A DNA stretch of 64,000 nt from Alphaproteobacteria bacterium (GCA_965221125.1 CBDCRW010000006.1:832001-896000); one strand, 5' to 3'. Positions 27,100-36,360 are shown, counted from the first letter of the stretch. Program-made: numbers and translations. The notes: generated by a model not told the origin, from the sequence alone.

Positions 27100-28028
27100 G
27101 GCAGCTGCGTGCCCGCCGCGATCGGCCGGCCCCGGAGGAAGGCGTCCGCCGCCATCGGCGCCTTGCCGGCGCGCTGAAGGCGGAGCGGGCGCAGCGCCGA
27201 GCCCTCCCCGCAGGCGACGGTGAGCGCCGCGTCGATGACCGTCCCCGGCGGCGCATCCGGTGAGCCAACGGCCTCCGCCGCGGCCAGCACCTTGATGCGC
27301 TCGCCCTCATGGCTGAACCAGGCGCCGGGTGCGGGGTTGAGCGCGCGCACGGTGCGCTCGATGCGCGCTGCCGGCGTGCGCCAGTCGATGGCGTCGTCGT
27401 GCTTCTCCAGCTTGGCCGCGTAGGTCGCGCCGTCGTCGGGCTGCGGCGTCTCGGTGAGCGTACCCTGCACGAGCCCGGCGACCGCGTCCACGATCAGCCG
27501 GGCGGAAAGTGCCGCGAGCGTGTCGTGCAGCGAACCGCCGGTGGTCTCCGGCCCGATGGGCACCGTCTCCGCCGCAAGGACGGGGCCGGTGTCGAGACCC
27601 TCGTCCATCCGCATGACGGTGACGCCGGTCTCCTTATCGCCCGCCATGATCGCGCGCTGGATCGGCGCCGCGCCCCGCCAGCGCGGCAGCAGCGAGGCGT
27701 GGGCGTTGATGCAGCCGAGCCGGGGCGCGGCGAGTGCGGCAGGCGGCAGGATCAGGCCGTAGGCGACCGTCACCGCGAGGTCGGAGTCCAGCGCCGCGTA
27801 TGCGGCCTGCACCTCCGCCGGCTTGAGGCTCGGCGGGGTTCTCACCTCGATCCCGGTGGCCCCGGCGCGCTCGGCGACCGGCGTCGGGCGCACCCTCTTG
27901 CCGCGCGCGGCGGCCCGCGGCGGCTGGGTGTAGACGGCCGCGATGGAATGGCCGCGCGCAACGAGCGCGTCGAGGGTGGGGACCGCATAGGCCGGCGTTC
28001 CCATGAACACCAGCCTGGCGGGTCTCAT
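27081..28028 (-). CDS. fmt: Methionyl-tRNA formyltransferase
   Basis: FMGTP, VYTQPPR, VAYGLILP, NAHASLLPRWRGAAPIQRAI and MDEGLDTG. Confidence 0.97.
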   Translation of the reverse strand: MRPARLVFMGTPAYAVPTLDALVARGHSIAAVYTQPPRAAARGKRVRPTPVAERAGATGIEVRTPPSLKPAEVQAAYAALDSDLAVTVAYGLILPPAALAAPRLGCINAHASLLPRWRGAAPIQRAIMAGDKETGVTVMRMDEGLDTGPVLAAETVPIGPETTGGSLHDTLAALSARLIVDAVAGLVQGTLTETPQPDDGATYAAKLEKHDDAIDWRTPAARIERTVRALNPAPGAWFSHEGERIKVLAAAEAVGSPDAPPGTVIDAALTVACGEGSALRPLRLQRAGKAPMAADAFLRGRPIAAGTQLPCPATG

Positions 28029-28053
28029 GATGTCCTGCGCGGGGAAAGGCGTG

Positions 28054-28569
28054 TCAGCCGGCGGCGGCGCGGCGCGCCTTGGTCAGCTTGCGCAGGATGA
28101 TGCTGCGCTTGACCAGCGACAGGTAGTCCACGAAGAGCACGCCCTCCAGATGGTCGATCTCGTGCTGCAGGCAGACGGCGAGCGTGCCGACGGCCGTCAG
28201 CTCCTGCGCCGCCCCGGTCTCGTCCTGATAGGCCACCGTCACCGACGCCGGCCGCTCCACCTCCGCGTAGTGTTCGGGGAAGGAGAGGCAGCCTTCCTCG
28301 CGGCTCACGCGCTCGTCCGCGCGCCACACGATCTCGGGGTTGACCAGCTTGAGCGGCGCCGGCGGCTCGTCCGGCACGTGCACGTCGGTCACGATGCAGC
28401 GCCTGGGCACGCCGACTTGGATGGCGGCGAGGCCGATGCCGTCCGACGCGTACATCGTCTCCAGCATGTCGTCGAGGAGCGCACGCACCTCGTCGTCGAC
28501 CGCGTCGACGGGCGCGGACCGCGCCTTCAGCCGCTTGTCGGGCGCGGTGATGATCGGGCGTATGGCCAT
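28054..28569 (-). CDS. def: Peptide deformylase
   Basis: GIGLAAIQVG, EGCLS and QHEIDHLEG. Confidence 0.97.
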   Translation of the reverse strand: MAIRPIITAPDKRLKARSAPVDAVDDEVRALLDDMLETMYASDGIGLAAIQVGVPRRCIVTDVHVPDEPPAPLKLVNPEIVWRADERVSREEGCLSFPEHYAEVERPASVTVAYQDETGAAQELTAVGTLAVCLQHEIDHLEGVLFVDYLSLVKRSIILRKLTKARRAAAG

Positions 28570-28636
28570 CGCAATCGGTGCAGGCAGAGCCGTTGCTTAG
28601 CTATGACGCCGGGTGGCCGAGGTCAAGCGCGTGCGC

Positions 28637-29605
28637 TCAGCCTTCGGCCTTGGGGCGCACCTCCTCGGCGAACTCCGTGATGGCGTCGAGGGTCTCCTCG
28701 ATGCTCTCGCGCAGGAACTGCAGCAGCAGGTGGCGGCAGCCGAGCGCGCGGAGCGCCCGGATGTCGCCCGCGATGTCGTCGGCCGCGCCGGAGAGCAGCA
28801 TCCGCTCGCCCGTATCGGTCATGATCGGCTCCCGGTCCGCGCCGTACCAGACGGCCCAGAAGGCGAGGTCGATCTCCGCCGGGTCGCGGCCTTCGGCCTC
28901 CGCCATGGCGCGCAGATCGTCGAGGGAGGCGGAGAAGCGGCCGATGGTGTCCAGCGGGAAGCGCGGGTTGCAGCCGATGGGGAACCAGGCGTCGCCGTAG
29001 CGCGCCGTGCGGCGCTTCGCCGGCTTGCTTTCACCGCCGACCCAGATGGGCGGGTGCGGCTGCTGCACTGGCTTCGGGTGGAACAGGATGTTGTCGAAGG
29101 AGGTGAATTCGCCCTCGTACTTCGGCGCATCGGCGGTCCAGAGCTCCTTGTAGATGCGGAGGTACTCGTCGGTGGCCCGGCCGCGGGCGTCGAACGGCGG
29201 CGCGCCGACGGGCGGGAACTCCTCGGCCATCCAGCCCGCGCCGACGCCCACGATCACGCGCCCGCCGGAGAGCAGGTCGATGGTCGACAGCAGCTTCGCG
29301 GTCAGCACCGGCTGGCGGTAGGGCACGACCATCACCGAGGTGAGCAGCCGCATCTCCTGCGTGATGCCCGCGAGGTAGGCCATGAGCGCGATCGGCTCCA
29401 GGCACTCGCCGGCGAGCAGGGTGGGGAAGTTCAGCGAGCCGTCGGGCGAATAGGGGTAGGGCGAATCGATGCCCTTGGGCACCACGATGTGGTCCGGGAT
29501 CGCGAGAATGCGGTAGCCGAGTTTCTCGCCGTGCTGGGCGATGGTCCCGATGTGCTCCGGCACGGCCAGCGGCCCGCCGTTGGGTACGTTGAAGCCGTAT
29601 TCCAT
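28637..29605 (-). CDS. LLM-class oxidoreductase, probable F420-dependent type (Rv2161c/TIGR03619-like)
   Basis: DHIVVP....S.YPY, TSV.V.PYR.P...AK...TID.LSGGR...GVGAGW..EEF, PKPVQ.PHPPIWVGG.S and R.ARYGD.W. Confidence 0.82.
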   Translation of the reverse strand: MEYGFNVPNGGPLAVPEHIGTIAQHGEKLGYRILAIPDHIVVPKGIDSPYPYSPDGSLNFPTLLAGECLEPIALMAYLAGITQEMRLLTSVMVVPYRQPVLTAKLLSTIDLLSGGRVIVGVGAGWMAEEFPPVGAPPFDARGRATDEYLRIYKELWTADAPKYEGEFTSFDNILFHPKPVQQPHPPIWVGGESKPAKRRTARYGDAWFPIGCNPRFPLDTIGRFSASLDDLRAMAEAEGRDPAEIDLAFWAVWYGADREPIMTDTGERMLLSGAADDIAGDIRALRALGCRHLLLQFLRESIEETLDAITEFAEEVRPKAEG

Positions 29606-29718
29606 TCCCTTGTCCCGTCAGGTTGGAGGTTCACCCTGGCATGCCGCCTTGCGGGCGACGGCGCACGTTCTAGCCCGGATTTCTCGTCACTGTCACGGCC
29701 CGCGTCGCGGCGGGACGC

Positions 29719-30705
29719 TCACACGTAGCCGTTGGCCTCGAACCAGCTCAGCGCATCGGCCAGCGCTTCGCGTGCGGGCCGGGCCGTGTAGCCGAGCTCG
29801 CGTTCGGCCTTGGCGGACGAGAAGAACATCATCTTGCGTGCCATGCGCAGGCTGTCGCGGGTGAGTCTCGGCTCGCCGCCCGCGATGCGCGCCCAGGCTT
29901 CGCCGGCGGCGGCCACCGGCGCGAGCATGCGGTGATTCAGTCGGATGCGCGGCGCGGGCCGCCCCGTGATCCCGGCCAGGCATTCGAGGATCTCGCGCAG
30001 GCTCATGTCCTCGCCGCCGAGGATGTAGCGCTCGCCGATTGCGCCACGCTCCAGCGCCTGCAGGTGCCCGGCGGCGCAGTCGTCGACGTGGACCACGTTG
30101 AGCCCGGTATCGACGTAGGCCGGCATGCGCCCCGTGGCAAAGTCGACGATGATCCGCCCGGTGGGCGTCGGCTTGATGTCGCGCGGGCCGATGGGGGCGG
30201 AGGGGTTGACGATGACCGCCGGCACGCCTTCGTCGCGCACCAGCGCGCGCACGGCCTCCTCCGCCAGGAACTTCGAGCGCTTGTAGTGGCCGATCATGGC
30301 GGCCTCGGTTACCGGCGTCTCCTCGTCGGCGGGCGTGCGGTCGGCGTTGAGGCCCAGGGTGGCGACGCTCGACGTGTAGACGATGCGCGTGGCCCCGGCG
30401 GCGGCGGCGGCGCGCAGCAAATCGCGGGAGCCCTCCACGTTGGTGCGGTAGATCGCCGGCGGATCGGGAATCCAGAGGCGATAGTCGGCCGCCACGTGAA
30501 AGAGCGTGTCGCAGCCGCGCGCGGCGCGTTCCAGCGAGGGACGGTCGTTGAGGTCGCCGGTCGCGCGTTCCACGTCGAGTCCGTCGATGTTGCGCGTGTC
30601 AGTGCCGGTCCGCGTCAACACGCGCACCGCGTGGCCGGCGTCGAGCAGCGTGCGCGCGACAGCCGAGCCGAGGAAGCCGGTCGCGCCGGTGACGAGCGTG
30701 GTCAT
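29719..30705 (-). CDS. hpnA: NAD-dependent epimerase/dehydratase, HpnA (hopanoid-associated) type
   Basis: LVTGATGFLGSAV, FHVAADYRLW.PDP, YTSSVA, GHYKRSK, GPRDIKPTPTG, PAYVDTGLN and FSSAKA..ELGY. Real start ATG 30705 overlaps the upstream stop. Confidence 0.88.
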   Translation of the reverse strand: MTTLVTGATGFLGSAVARTLLDAGHAVRVLTRTGTDTRNIDGLDVERATGDLNDRPSLERAARGCDTLFHVAADYRLWIPDPPAIYRTNVEGSRDLLRAAAAAGATRIVYTSSVATLGLNADRTPADEETPVTEAAMIGHYKRSKFLAEEAVRALVRDEGVPAVIVNPSAPIGPRDIKPTPTGRIIVDFATGRMPAYVDTGLNVVHVDDCAAGHLQALERGAIGERYILGGEDMSLREILECLAGITGRPAPRIRLNHRMLAPVAAAGEAWARIAGGEPRLTRDSLRMARKMMFFSSAKAERELGYTARPAREALADALSWFEANGYV

Positions 30706-31385
30706 GCCTGCGTCTCCGGCAGCCTGCCGAACAGGAGCCGCCGTTCCCGCCAGACGAGCCAGATTGCGTAGAGTGGCGCCAGCCCTACGCCCGCCAACAG
30801 CAGCACGATCAGGCCGCCGCCCCAGGTGATCGGCCCGATGAAGTACATCGTGTCCTCCAGGTGGAATCCCTTGAACATCGGCTGGCGGGCCTGGCGCGTG
30901 CCGGCGCGCTGCTCGATCCGCCAGAACAGGAAGAACAGCGTCGAGACCGAAACGCCCGCTATCAGGCCGAGCCAGGGTGCCCAGTCGCCGATCCAGCTCC
31001 CCTGCAGGCCGATGCCGATGCAGAGGAAGAGCGCCACGTGGATCACGGCGTCGGAGTAGTTGTCGAAGTGGTAGCCGAAGCGGCTCGACTTGCCGGACAG
31101 CCTGGCCAGCTCGCCGTCCATGTGATCGACGAAGTTCGACAGCATGAAGAGCCCGGCGGCATAGAGGATCTCCGGCCGCGTGCCGGTGGCGAAGAGCCCG
31201 CAGGCCGCGAGCCCGAGCAGCAGCCTGAACGTCGTGATGTGGTTCGGCGTGACCGGCGTGTGCACCAGCGGGCGCACCATCCAGCCGGCGAGCCGCTGGT
31301 CCCACGCCTTGCGCGGCTTCGCCGCCTCGGGCCCAGCCTTCTCCTCGCCGCCGCCGTCCCCAGCGGCCGTCTTGCGTTCGACCAT
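30702..31385 (-). CDS. CDP-alcohol phosphatidyltransferase family protein
   Basis: TPNHIT..R and the signature D..DG.LAR..G.SS.FG..FD..SD. Confidence 0.9.
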   Translation of the reverse strand: MVERKTAAGDGGGEEKAGPEAAKPRKAWDQRLAGWMVRPLVHTPVTPNHITTFRLLLGLAACGLFATGTRPEILYAAGLFMLSNFVDHMDGELARLSGKSSRFGYHFDNYSDAVIHVALFLCIGIGLQGSWIGDWAPWLGLIAGVSVSTLFFLFWRIEQRAGTRQARQPMFKGFHLEDTMYFIGPITWGGGLIVLLLAGVGLAPLYAIWLVWRERRLLFGRLPETQA

Positions 31386-31436
31386 GGGCCGTCATATAGC
31401 CCGAAACGGGCCTGAGACAACGCCGGACATTTCGCC

Positions 31437-32171
31437 ATGCGTGCCGTCATCCTCGCCGCCGGCGTCGGCCGGCGCCTCGGGGTCGAGGAGCCCAAGGTGC
31501 TGCTGCGTTTCGGCGGCCGCACGCTGCTGGAGCGCCACCTCGCCATTCTGGCCGCGCTCGACGTTCGCGACGTGACGGTCGGCATCGGCCACGAGGCCCT
31601 CGCCATCGAGCGCGCGCTGGCGTCGCTCGGGCAGACTGACGTTTCCACCATCTACAATCCCGACTACGAGCAGGGCAGCATTCTCACGCTCCGGTGCGTG
31701 CGCGAGGCGCTCACGGCGGGCGGCCCGGTGCTGCTCATGGATGGCGACGTGCTCTACGACCGCCGCGTCCTTGCCCCCCTGGTCGAGACCCGCCATGCCG
31801 ATTGCCTGCTGGTGGACCGCGCCTACGAGCCGGGCGACGAGCCGGTCAAGGTCGGCGTCGAGAGCGGCGTGCCCGTCGATTTCGGCAAGACCATCGACCC
31901 TGCGGTGAACGCCCTGGGCGAATCGGTCGGCTTCTTCCGCCTCGGCGAGGGGACGGCGAACGCGCTGATCGAGACGGCCGGGCGGATGATCGACGGCGGC
32001 GGCAGCGAGCGCCCCATGGAGGACGCCGTGGCCGCCGTCCTCCGCGCCGCCAGCCCGCCCTTCGGCTTCGAGGACGTGACCGGGCTGCCCTGGATCGAGA
32101 TCGACTTTCCCGAGGACGTGGAGCGCGCCGAGAGTGTTATCCTGCCCGAGCTTGTTGAGAACGGCGGCTGA
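31437..32171 (+). CDS. Phosphocholine/phosphonate cytidylyltransferase-like nucleotidyltransferase (LicC/PntC-like)
   Basis: ILAAG.G.RL...PK.LL, N.DY...S, LLMDGDV, GESVG and W.EIDFPED. Confidence 0.82.
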   Translation: MRAVILAAGVGRRLGVEEPKVLLRFGGRTLLERHLAILAALDVRDVTVGIGHEALAIERALASLGQTDVSTIYNPDYEQGSILTLRCVREALTAGGPVLLMDGDVLYDRRVLAPLVETRHADCLLVDRAYEPGDEPVKVGVESGVPVDFGKTIDPAVNALGESVGFFRLGEGTANALIETAGRMIDGGGSERPMEDAVAAVLRAASPPFGFEDVTGLPWIEIDFPEDVERAESVILPELVENGG

Positions 32172-32185
32172 GGCCTAACCGAGAC

Positions 32186-32221
32186 TTGTGTTCTCCGATC
32201 ACTTAGCTATATGTTTAGCTA
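32186..32221 (+). promoter_or_regulatory. Putative TA promoter with tandem palindromic operator
   Basis: TTGTGT (32186)-N16-TATATG (32208), overlapped by two TTAGCTA copies (32203-32209, 32215-32221), each containing the palindrome TAGCTA. Confidence 0.5.
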
Positions 32222-32249
32222 GATCGAATTGCAGCCGAGGCGGTACATT

Positions 32250-32483
32250 ATGACCGTCGTAAATGTTCATGAGGCCAAGACCCAGCTATCGCGTCTGCTC
32301 GCGCAGGCCGAGGCCGGAGAAGAAGTGGTGATCGCCCGCCGCGGCGAGCCCGTAGCGCGGCTCGTCGCCTGCAAGCCTCCGAAGAAACGGCGCCCCGGCC
32401 GGCTCAAAGGCAAGATCGTCATTCCCGACGATTTCTTCGACCCGTTGCCGGAGGAGGAGCTTAAGCTCTGGGAAGGCGGATAG
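32250..32483 (+). CDS. Phd/YefM family antitoxin
   Basis: MTVVNVHEAKTQLSRLL...EAGEEVVIAR.G.PVARL ... R.PG.LKG.I...DDFFDPLP. Confidence 0.93.
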   Translation: MTVVNVHEAKTQLSRLLAQAEAGEEVVIARRGEPVARLVACKPPKKRRPGRLKGKIVIPDDFFDPLPEEELKLWEGG

Positions 32484-32486
32484 GCG

Positions 32487-32873
32487 GTGCGGGTGCTGCT
32501 GGATACCCATGCATTTCTCTGGTGGATTGAAGACAGCCCCAACCTTCCTTCAACCGCACGCCAAGTCATCGCGGACGAAACTAACGAGATCGTCGTCAGC
32601 GCCGCTTCGGCGTGGGAAATCGCCACAAAGTATCGGCTCGGTAAGCTGCCCGAGGCTGAAGCCGTAGCGACTGATGTCGCAAGGTGCATCGCCGAAGAGG
32701 GCTTCGAGGCACTGGCGGTCAGCGTTGCCGATGCCGAACGTGCCGGACGTTTGCCGGGCCATCACCGTGACCCGTTCGACCGAATGCTGATCGCCCAGGC
32801 ACTCGGACATGATCTGTCCATTGTCTCGGTCGACGCAGAGTTTGACCGCTATGGTGTGAACCGCCTCTGGTAG
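32487..32873 (+). CDS. VapC/PIN-domain toxin
   Basis: LLDTH.FLW, VS.AS.WEIA.K...GKL and HRDPFDRMLIAQA; directly downstream of the antitoxin; lower GC than flanks. Confidence 0.93.
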   Translation: MRVLLDTHAFLWWIEDSPNLPSTARQVIADETNEIVVSAASAWEIATKYRLGKLPEAEAVATDVARCIAEEGFEALAVSVADAERAGRLPGHHRDPFDRMLIAQALGHDLSIVSVDAEFDRYGVNRLW

Positions 32874-32955
32874 ACCCGCCCGCCGATTGGACGCAGGTCC
32901 AAGGCCTCACCATAATGGGCGCCTCAAACGGAGAACGCCGCCAGGGAGGCGCACC

Positions 32956-34059
32956 ATGAAGCTCGGCATGTTCATGCACCCGATTCAGGACTTCCGGCGG
33001 GGCTACCACACGCTGCTGAAGGAAGACTTCGAGATCATCAAGTGCGCCGACGCGGTCGGCTTCGACGAGGTCTGGCTCGGCGAGCACTTCGCGCTTCCCT
33101 CCGAGCCGATCCAGTCGCCGCTCATGCTCTTCGCCGCGCTGGTGCCCCAGACCGAGCGCATCAAGTTCGGCTCCGGCGTCCTCTGCCTGCCCTATCAGCA
33201 CCCGGCCATCGTCGCCGGCCAGGCGGCGCAGTTCGACCACATCTCCGAGGGCCGCTTCCTCATGGGGATCGGGCCGGGCGCCACCCCGCCCGACTTCGAG
33301 ATGTTCAAGATCACCGACCTCGACCGCATGGAGATGCTGGTCGAGTCCATCGACATGATCCACGGCATCTGGGCGCAGGACCCGCCCTACGAGTTCCACG
33401 GCAAGTACTGGGACTTCGTGATACGGGACAACGTGCTGAACGACATCGGCGTGGGCGGGATGGGCAAGCCCTACCAGCAGCCCCATCCGCCCGTGATGAT
33501 CCCGGCCATGAGCCGGGGCTCCGGCAGCATCCGCCTCGCCGCCCAGCGCGACTGGATGTGCATCTCCGCCAACTTCGTGCCCGACGAGGTGCTCAAGGGC
33601 CACTGGCGCGACTACCTGGACGAGTGCAGGAAGCTCCAGAAGCAGCCCGACCCGTCGAAGTGGAAGGCTGGCCGCACCCTGCTCATCACCGAGACCGACG
33701 AGGAGGCGCGCCAGTATCTCCGGCGCGAGGACAACGCCTTCCGCTGGTATTTCGAGTACATCATCGGCGTCACCAGCCACGGCGGCTTCGTCCACATGCT
33801 GAAGTCGGACCCCGACATGCCGGACGACGAGGTGACGCCCGAGTACTGCATCGACACCATCGTCACCGCCGGCAGCCCCAAGACGGTGGCGCGGAAGATC
33901 GCCGAGTTCCGCGACGAGGTGGGGCCGTTCGAGACCCTCATCGTCTCGCACCACGACTGGGTGCATAAAGACCTGTGGCGGCGCCACATGGAGCTCACGG
34001 CGACGGAGCTCATGCCCAGGCTCCGCGCGGAGATCGGCTGGCAGGCGGCGGCCGAGTAG
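32956..34059 (+). CDS. LLM-class flavin-dependent oxidoreductase/monooxygenase
   Basis: MKLG.FM.P, AD..GFDEVW.GEH, IKFGSGV..LP..HP, DH.SEGR...GIGPG....D and PYQ.PHPP. Confidence 0.88.
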   Translation: MKLGMFMHPIQDFRRGYHTLLKEDFEIIKCADAVGFDEVWLGEHFALPSEPIQSPLMLFAALVPQTERIKFGSGVLCLPYQHPAIVAGQAAQFDHISEGRFLMGIGPGATPPDFEMFKITDLDRMEMLVESIDMIHGIWAQDPPYEFHGKYWDFVIRDNVLNDIGVGGMGKPYQQPHPPVMIPAMSRGSGSIRLAAQRDWMCISANFVPDEVLKGHWRDYLDECRKLQKQPDPSKWKAGRTLLITETDEEARQYLRREDNAFRWYFEYIIGVTSHGGFVHMLKSDPDMPDDEVTPEYCIDTIVTAGSPKTVARKIAEFRDEVGPFETLIVSHHDWVHKDLWRRHMELTATELMPRLRAEIGWQAAAE

Positions 34060-34078
34060 AGGGGTACGCCGGGCGGCC

Positions 34079-35566
34079 TTATTCGGTGACGATCTTCACG
34101 AGCTGACCGGCCTGCAAGCCCTCGCCGGCGCTGAGGCCGTTCAGGACGCGGAACCGCTCGGTGCGGAAGTCGTTGAACGGCATGCGGGCCGCGAGCGATT
34201 CCACGGTATCGGCGGCGGCAACCTCGACGACCCGAAGCCTGAGCGGGCGGAGGTTGGCGGCCTGCCGCTGGCTGAGCCGCCTGAAGCTCCCCATCATCTG
34301 CCGGAAGGGTGCGGCGAACTCCGGCGTCCGCTCCGGCGGCGTCACGAAGAAGAAGCGGTAGACGCGCTCGGGCGCCGCGCGGATGGCGACGAGCCGGATG
34401 TCGCGCACGCCCGAGGCGGTGCGGACGCGGGTGCGCGCAGCCACGGCGTCGAGGCCGTCGATGGCCAGGCGTTCGACCCTGTCGAGCGGCACCTTCGATG
34501 CCCAGATGTCCCGCAGGTAGCGCGCGGTGCCGGTCGCCGGGTCCTTCGGCCTGGCCTCGTCGAAGCGCAGCAGCGCGCCAGTCGGATGGGTGCCCACCAC
34601 CGCGAGCGGGCCGTTGCGCAGGCGAAAGCCCGGCGGGGCGGTGAAGGCGATCCGCAGGCGCGGATGGGCGAACGCCCGGCCGCGGACGAACCCGTTCTCC
34701 GGCGAATCGCCGAACATCATGCCGTCGATCCGTCTCAGGTAGGCGTCACGGGCACGGTCGCCGCCGAATTGGGCCCGCGCGGCCTCGGCGGCCATCCTCA
34801 CGCGGTCGGCGGTGCGCGGATGGCTCGCAAACAGGCCCGGCGACGCTTCCTCGCCCCGCGCCCCGGCCATCATCCGCTGGAGCGCGCTCTCGGCTCCCAT
34901 CGTCTCCAGAAAGCTCGACATCGCCGTCGCGTCGAAGCCGCTGCGGCTCAGGTAGCGCACTCCCAGCATGTCCGCCTGCAGCTCCTGCGCGCGCGAATAC
35001 CCTTTCACGTAGGCGCCGGCCGCGAGCTGCGCGAAGTCCGAGTCGCCGTCGCTGTCGATGACCGCGCCGAGCAGGGCCGCGCCGAGGCCCGCCACCACGC
35101 CGTGGCTGTAGCGCTCGGCGCTGTGGCGCGCCGTCACGTGGCCGATCTCGTGGGCGATCACGCCAGCGAGCTCGGCTTCGTCGTTGGCGAGCGCCATCAG
35201 GCCGCGCGTGACATGGATGTAGCCCCCCGGCAGGGCGAAGGCGTTGACCTCGGGGCTGTCGAGGACGACGAAGGTGAACGGCGGTTCGGGCTGCTCCGTG
35301 GTCTGCTGAACGCGCCTGCCCAGAGCCGCGACGTAGCGCTGGAGCGCCGGGTCGTCGTAGAGGCCGCCCAGCGCCTTCACCAGCCTGGGATGCTCCTGGG
35401 CGCCGATGCGCCGCTCCTCCTCCGGCGACATCAGGGCGGTGAACTGCTCCTCGCCGGTCGCGGGATTGACGCTGCACCCGCCGAGCACGAGCGGCGCGGC
35501 TGCGGCAAGCGCGAGACCCAGCGCCACGACTGCCGGTGCGGCCGCCGCGCGGTGGAGCCCCGTCAC
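34079..35566 (-). CDS. M48 family zinc metalloprotease lipoprotein with a C-terminal LysM-like region
   Basis: Lipobox LGGC-SVNPATG, VNAFALPGG, HEIGH, YSR.QEL.AD and SHP.T..R; GTG start overlaps the upstream TGA. Confidence 0.9.
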   Translation of the reverse strand: MTGLHRAAAAPAVVALGLALAAAAPLVLGGCSVNPATGEEQFTALMSPEEERRIGAQEHPRLVKALGGLYDDPALQRYVAALGRRVQQTTEQPEPPFTFVVLDSPEVNAFALPGGYIHVTRGLMALANDEAELAGVIAHEIGHVTARHSAERYSHGVVAGLGAALLGAVIDSDGDSDFAQLAAGAYVKGYSRAQELQADMLGVRYLSRSGFDATAMSSFLETMGAESALQRMMAGARGEEASPGLFASHPRTADRVRMAAEAARAQFGGDRARDAYLRRIDGMMFGDSPENGFVRGRAFAHPRLRIAFTAPPGFRLRNGPLAVVGTHPTGALLRFDEARPKDPATGTARYLRDIWASKVPLDRVERLAIDGLDAVAARTRVRTASGVRDIRLVAIRAAPERVYRFFFVTPPERTPEFAAPFRQMMGSFRRLSQRQAANLRPLRLRVVEVAAADTVESLAARMPFNDFRTERFRVLNGLSAGEGLQAGQLVKIVTE

Positions 35567-36360
35567 TTGAGAACCTCGATCTGCTCGGGATGCGTGGCCT
35601 CGATCATGGGGCCGTTGAAGGACTCGACCCAGCCGCGCACGCGCACCAGTCGCCCCTCGTAGTCCTCGACGGCAATGCCCGCGGCCTCGAAGCGCCGGCG
35701 GTCGCGCGGCCCGATCGAGACGGTGAAGTCCTCGCGCCAGTCGGCGCCGAAGTTGAGGTAGCCGCGGCCGCGCACCACCGCTGCGGCCTTCACCCGCCCT
35801 TCGACGAGCTGGAAGCTGCCGAGTCCGGCGCCGGCATCGCTTGCGGCCCGCACCCGGTAGTTGGGCTGAGACCAGAGGCCGAGCCCGCCCGCCCGCGCCC
35901 GACGCTCGATCGCGAGCATGTCGGCAACCGCCGTCCGGTCGTTGATGAGGCTGTGGACCCGCGCCAGTCCGCGGGCGAGAAGCGCGCCCTGAATCCACGC
36001 GCCGTCGTCCATCCTCACGAGGTGGGCGCGCAGGCGGCCGTAGCGGTCCCGCCGGGCGCCGCCCAGCGCCAGGCCGACCCGGCGCCCCTGCACGAGCGCC
36101 GCGAGCGCCTGCCGCGCCTCCATCGCGAGCTGCGCGTCAGGCGAAGCGGCGTCCTCGTGCGCGAGACCCGGTGCCTCGATGCCGGCGAGCCGCACCGTCT
36201 CCCCGTCATCGAGCAGGACCGTGCCGGCGTCGATGACCTCGACCGCACGGGCCTCACGCTCCACCGCGAGGCCGAGCGGAGGCGGAACTGCCGGGTCGTC
36301 CGCGGCAACCGCCGCCTTCGCGGCGAGAACGAGGAGCAAGACCGCGGCGAGTCGGGTCAT
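35563..36360 (-). CDS. Secreted thermonuclease (SNase) family protein with C-terminal OB-like extension
   Basis: Signal peptide, VRLAGIEAP, RDRYGRL, LL.RGLARV, E..AR....GLW and YLNFG.DWR.DFTV. Confidence 0.85.
   Translation of the reverse strand: MTRLAAVLLLVLAAKAAVAADDPAVPPPLGLAVEREARAVEVIDAGTVLLDDGETVRLAGIEAPGLAHEDAASPDAQLAMEARQALAALVQGRRVGLALGGARRDRYGRLRAHLVRMDDGAWIQGALLARGLARVHSLINDRTAVADMLAIERRARAGGLGLWSQPNYRVRAASDAGAGLGSFQLVEGRVKAAAVVRGRGYLNFGADWREDFTVSIGPRDRRRFEAAGIAVEDYEGRLVRVRGWVESFNGPMIEATHPEQIEVLK

Noticed and set aside
29719-31395. Apparent 558-aa ORF suggesting an N-terminally extended or fused HpnA
   Set aside because: The extension is an alternate frame of the CDP-alcohol phosphotransferase gene; HpnA starts at ATG 30705, overlapping that gene's stop.
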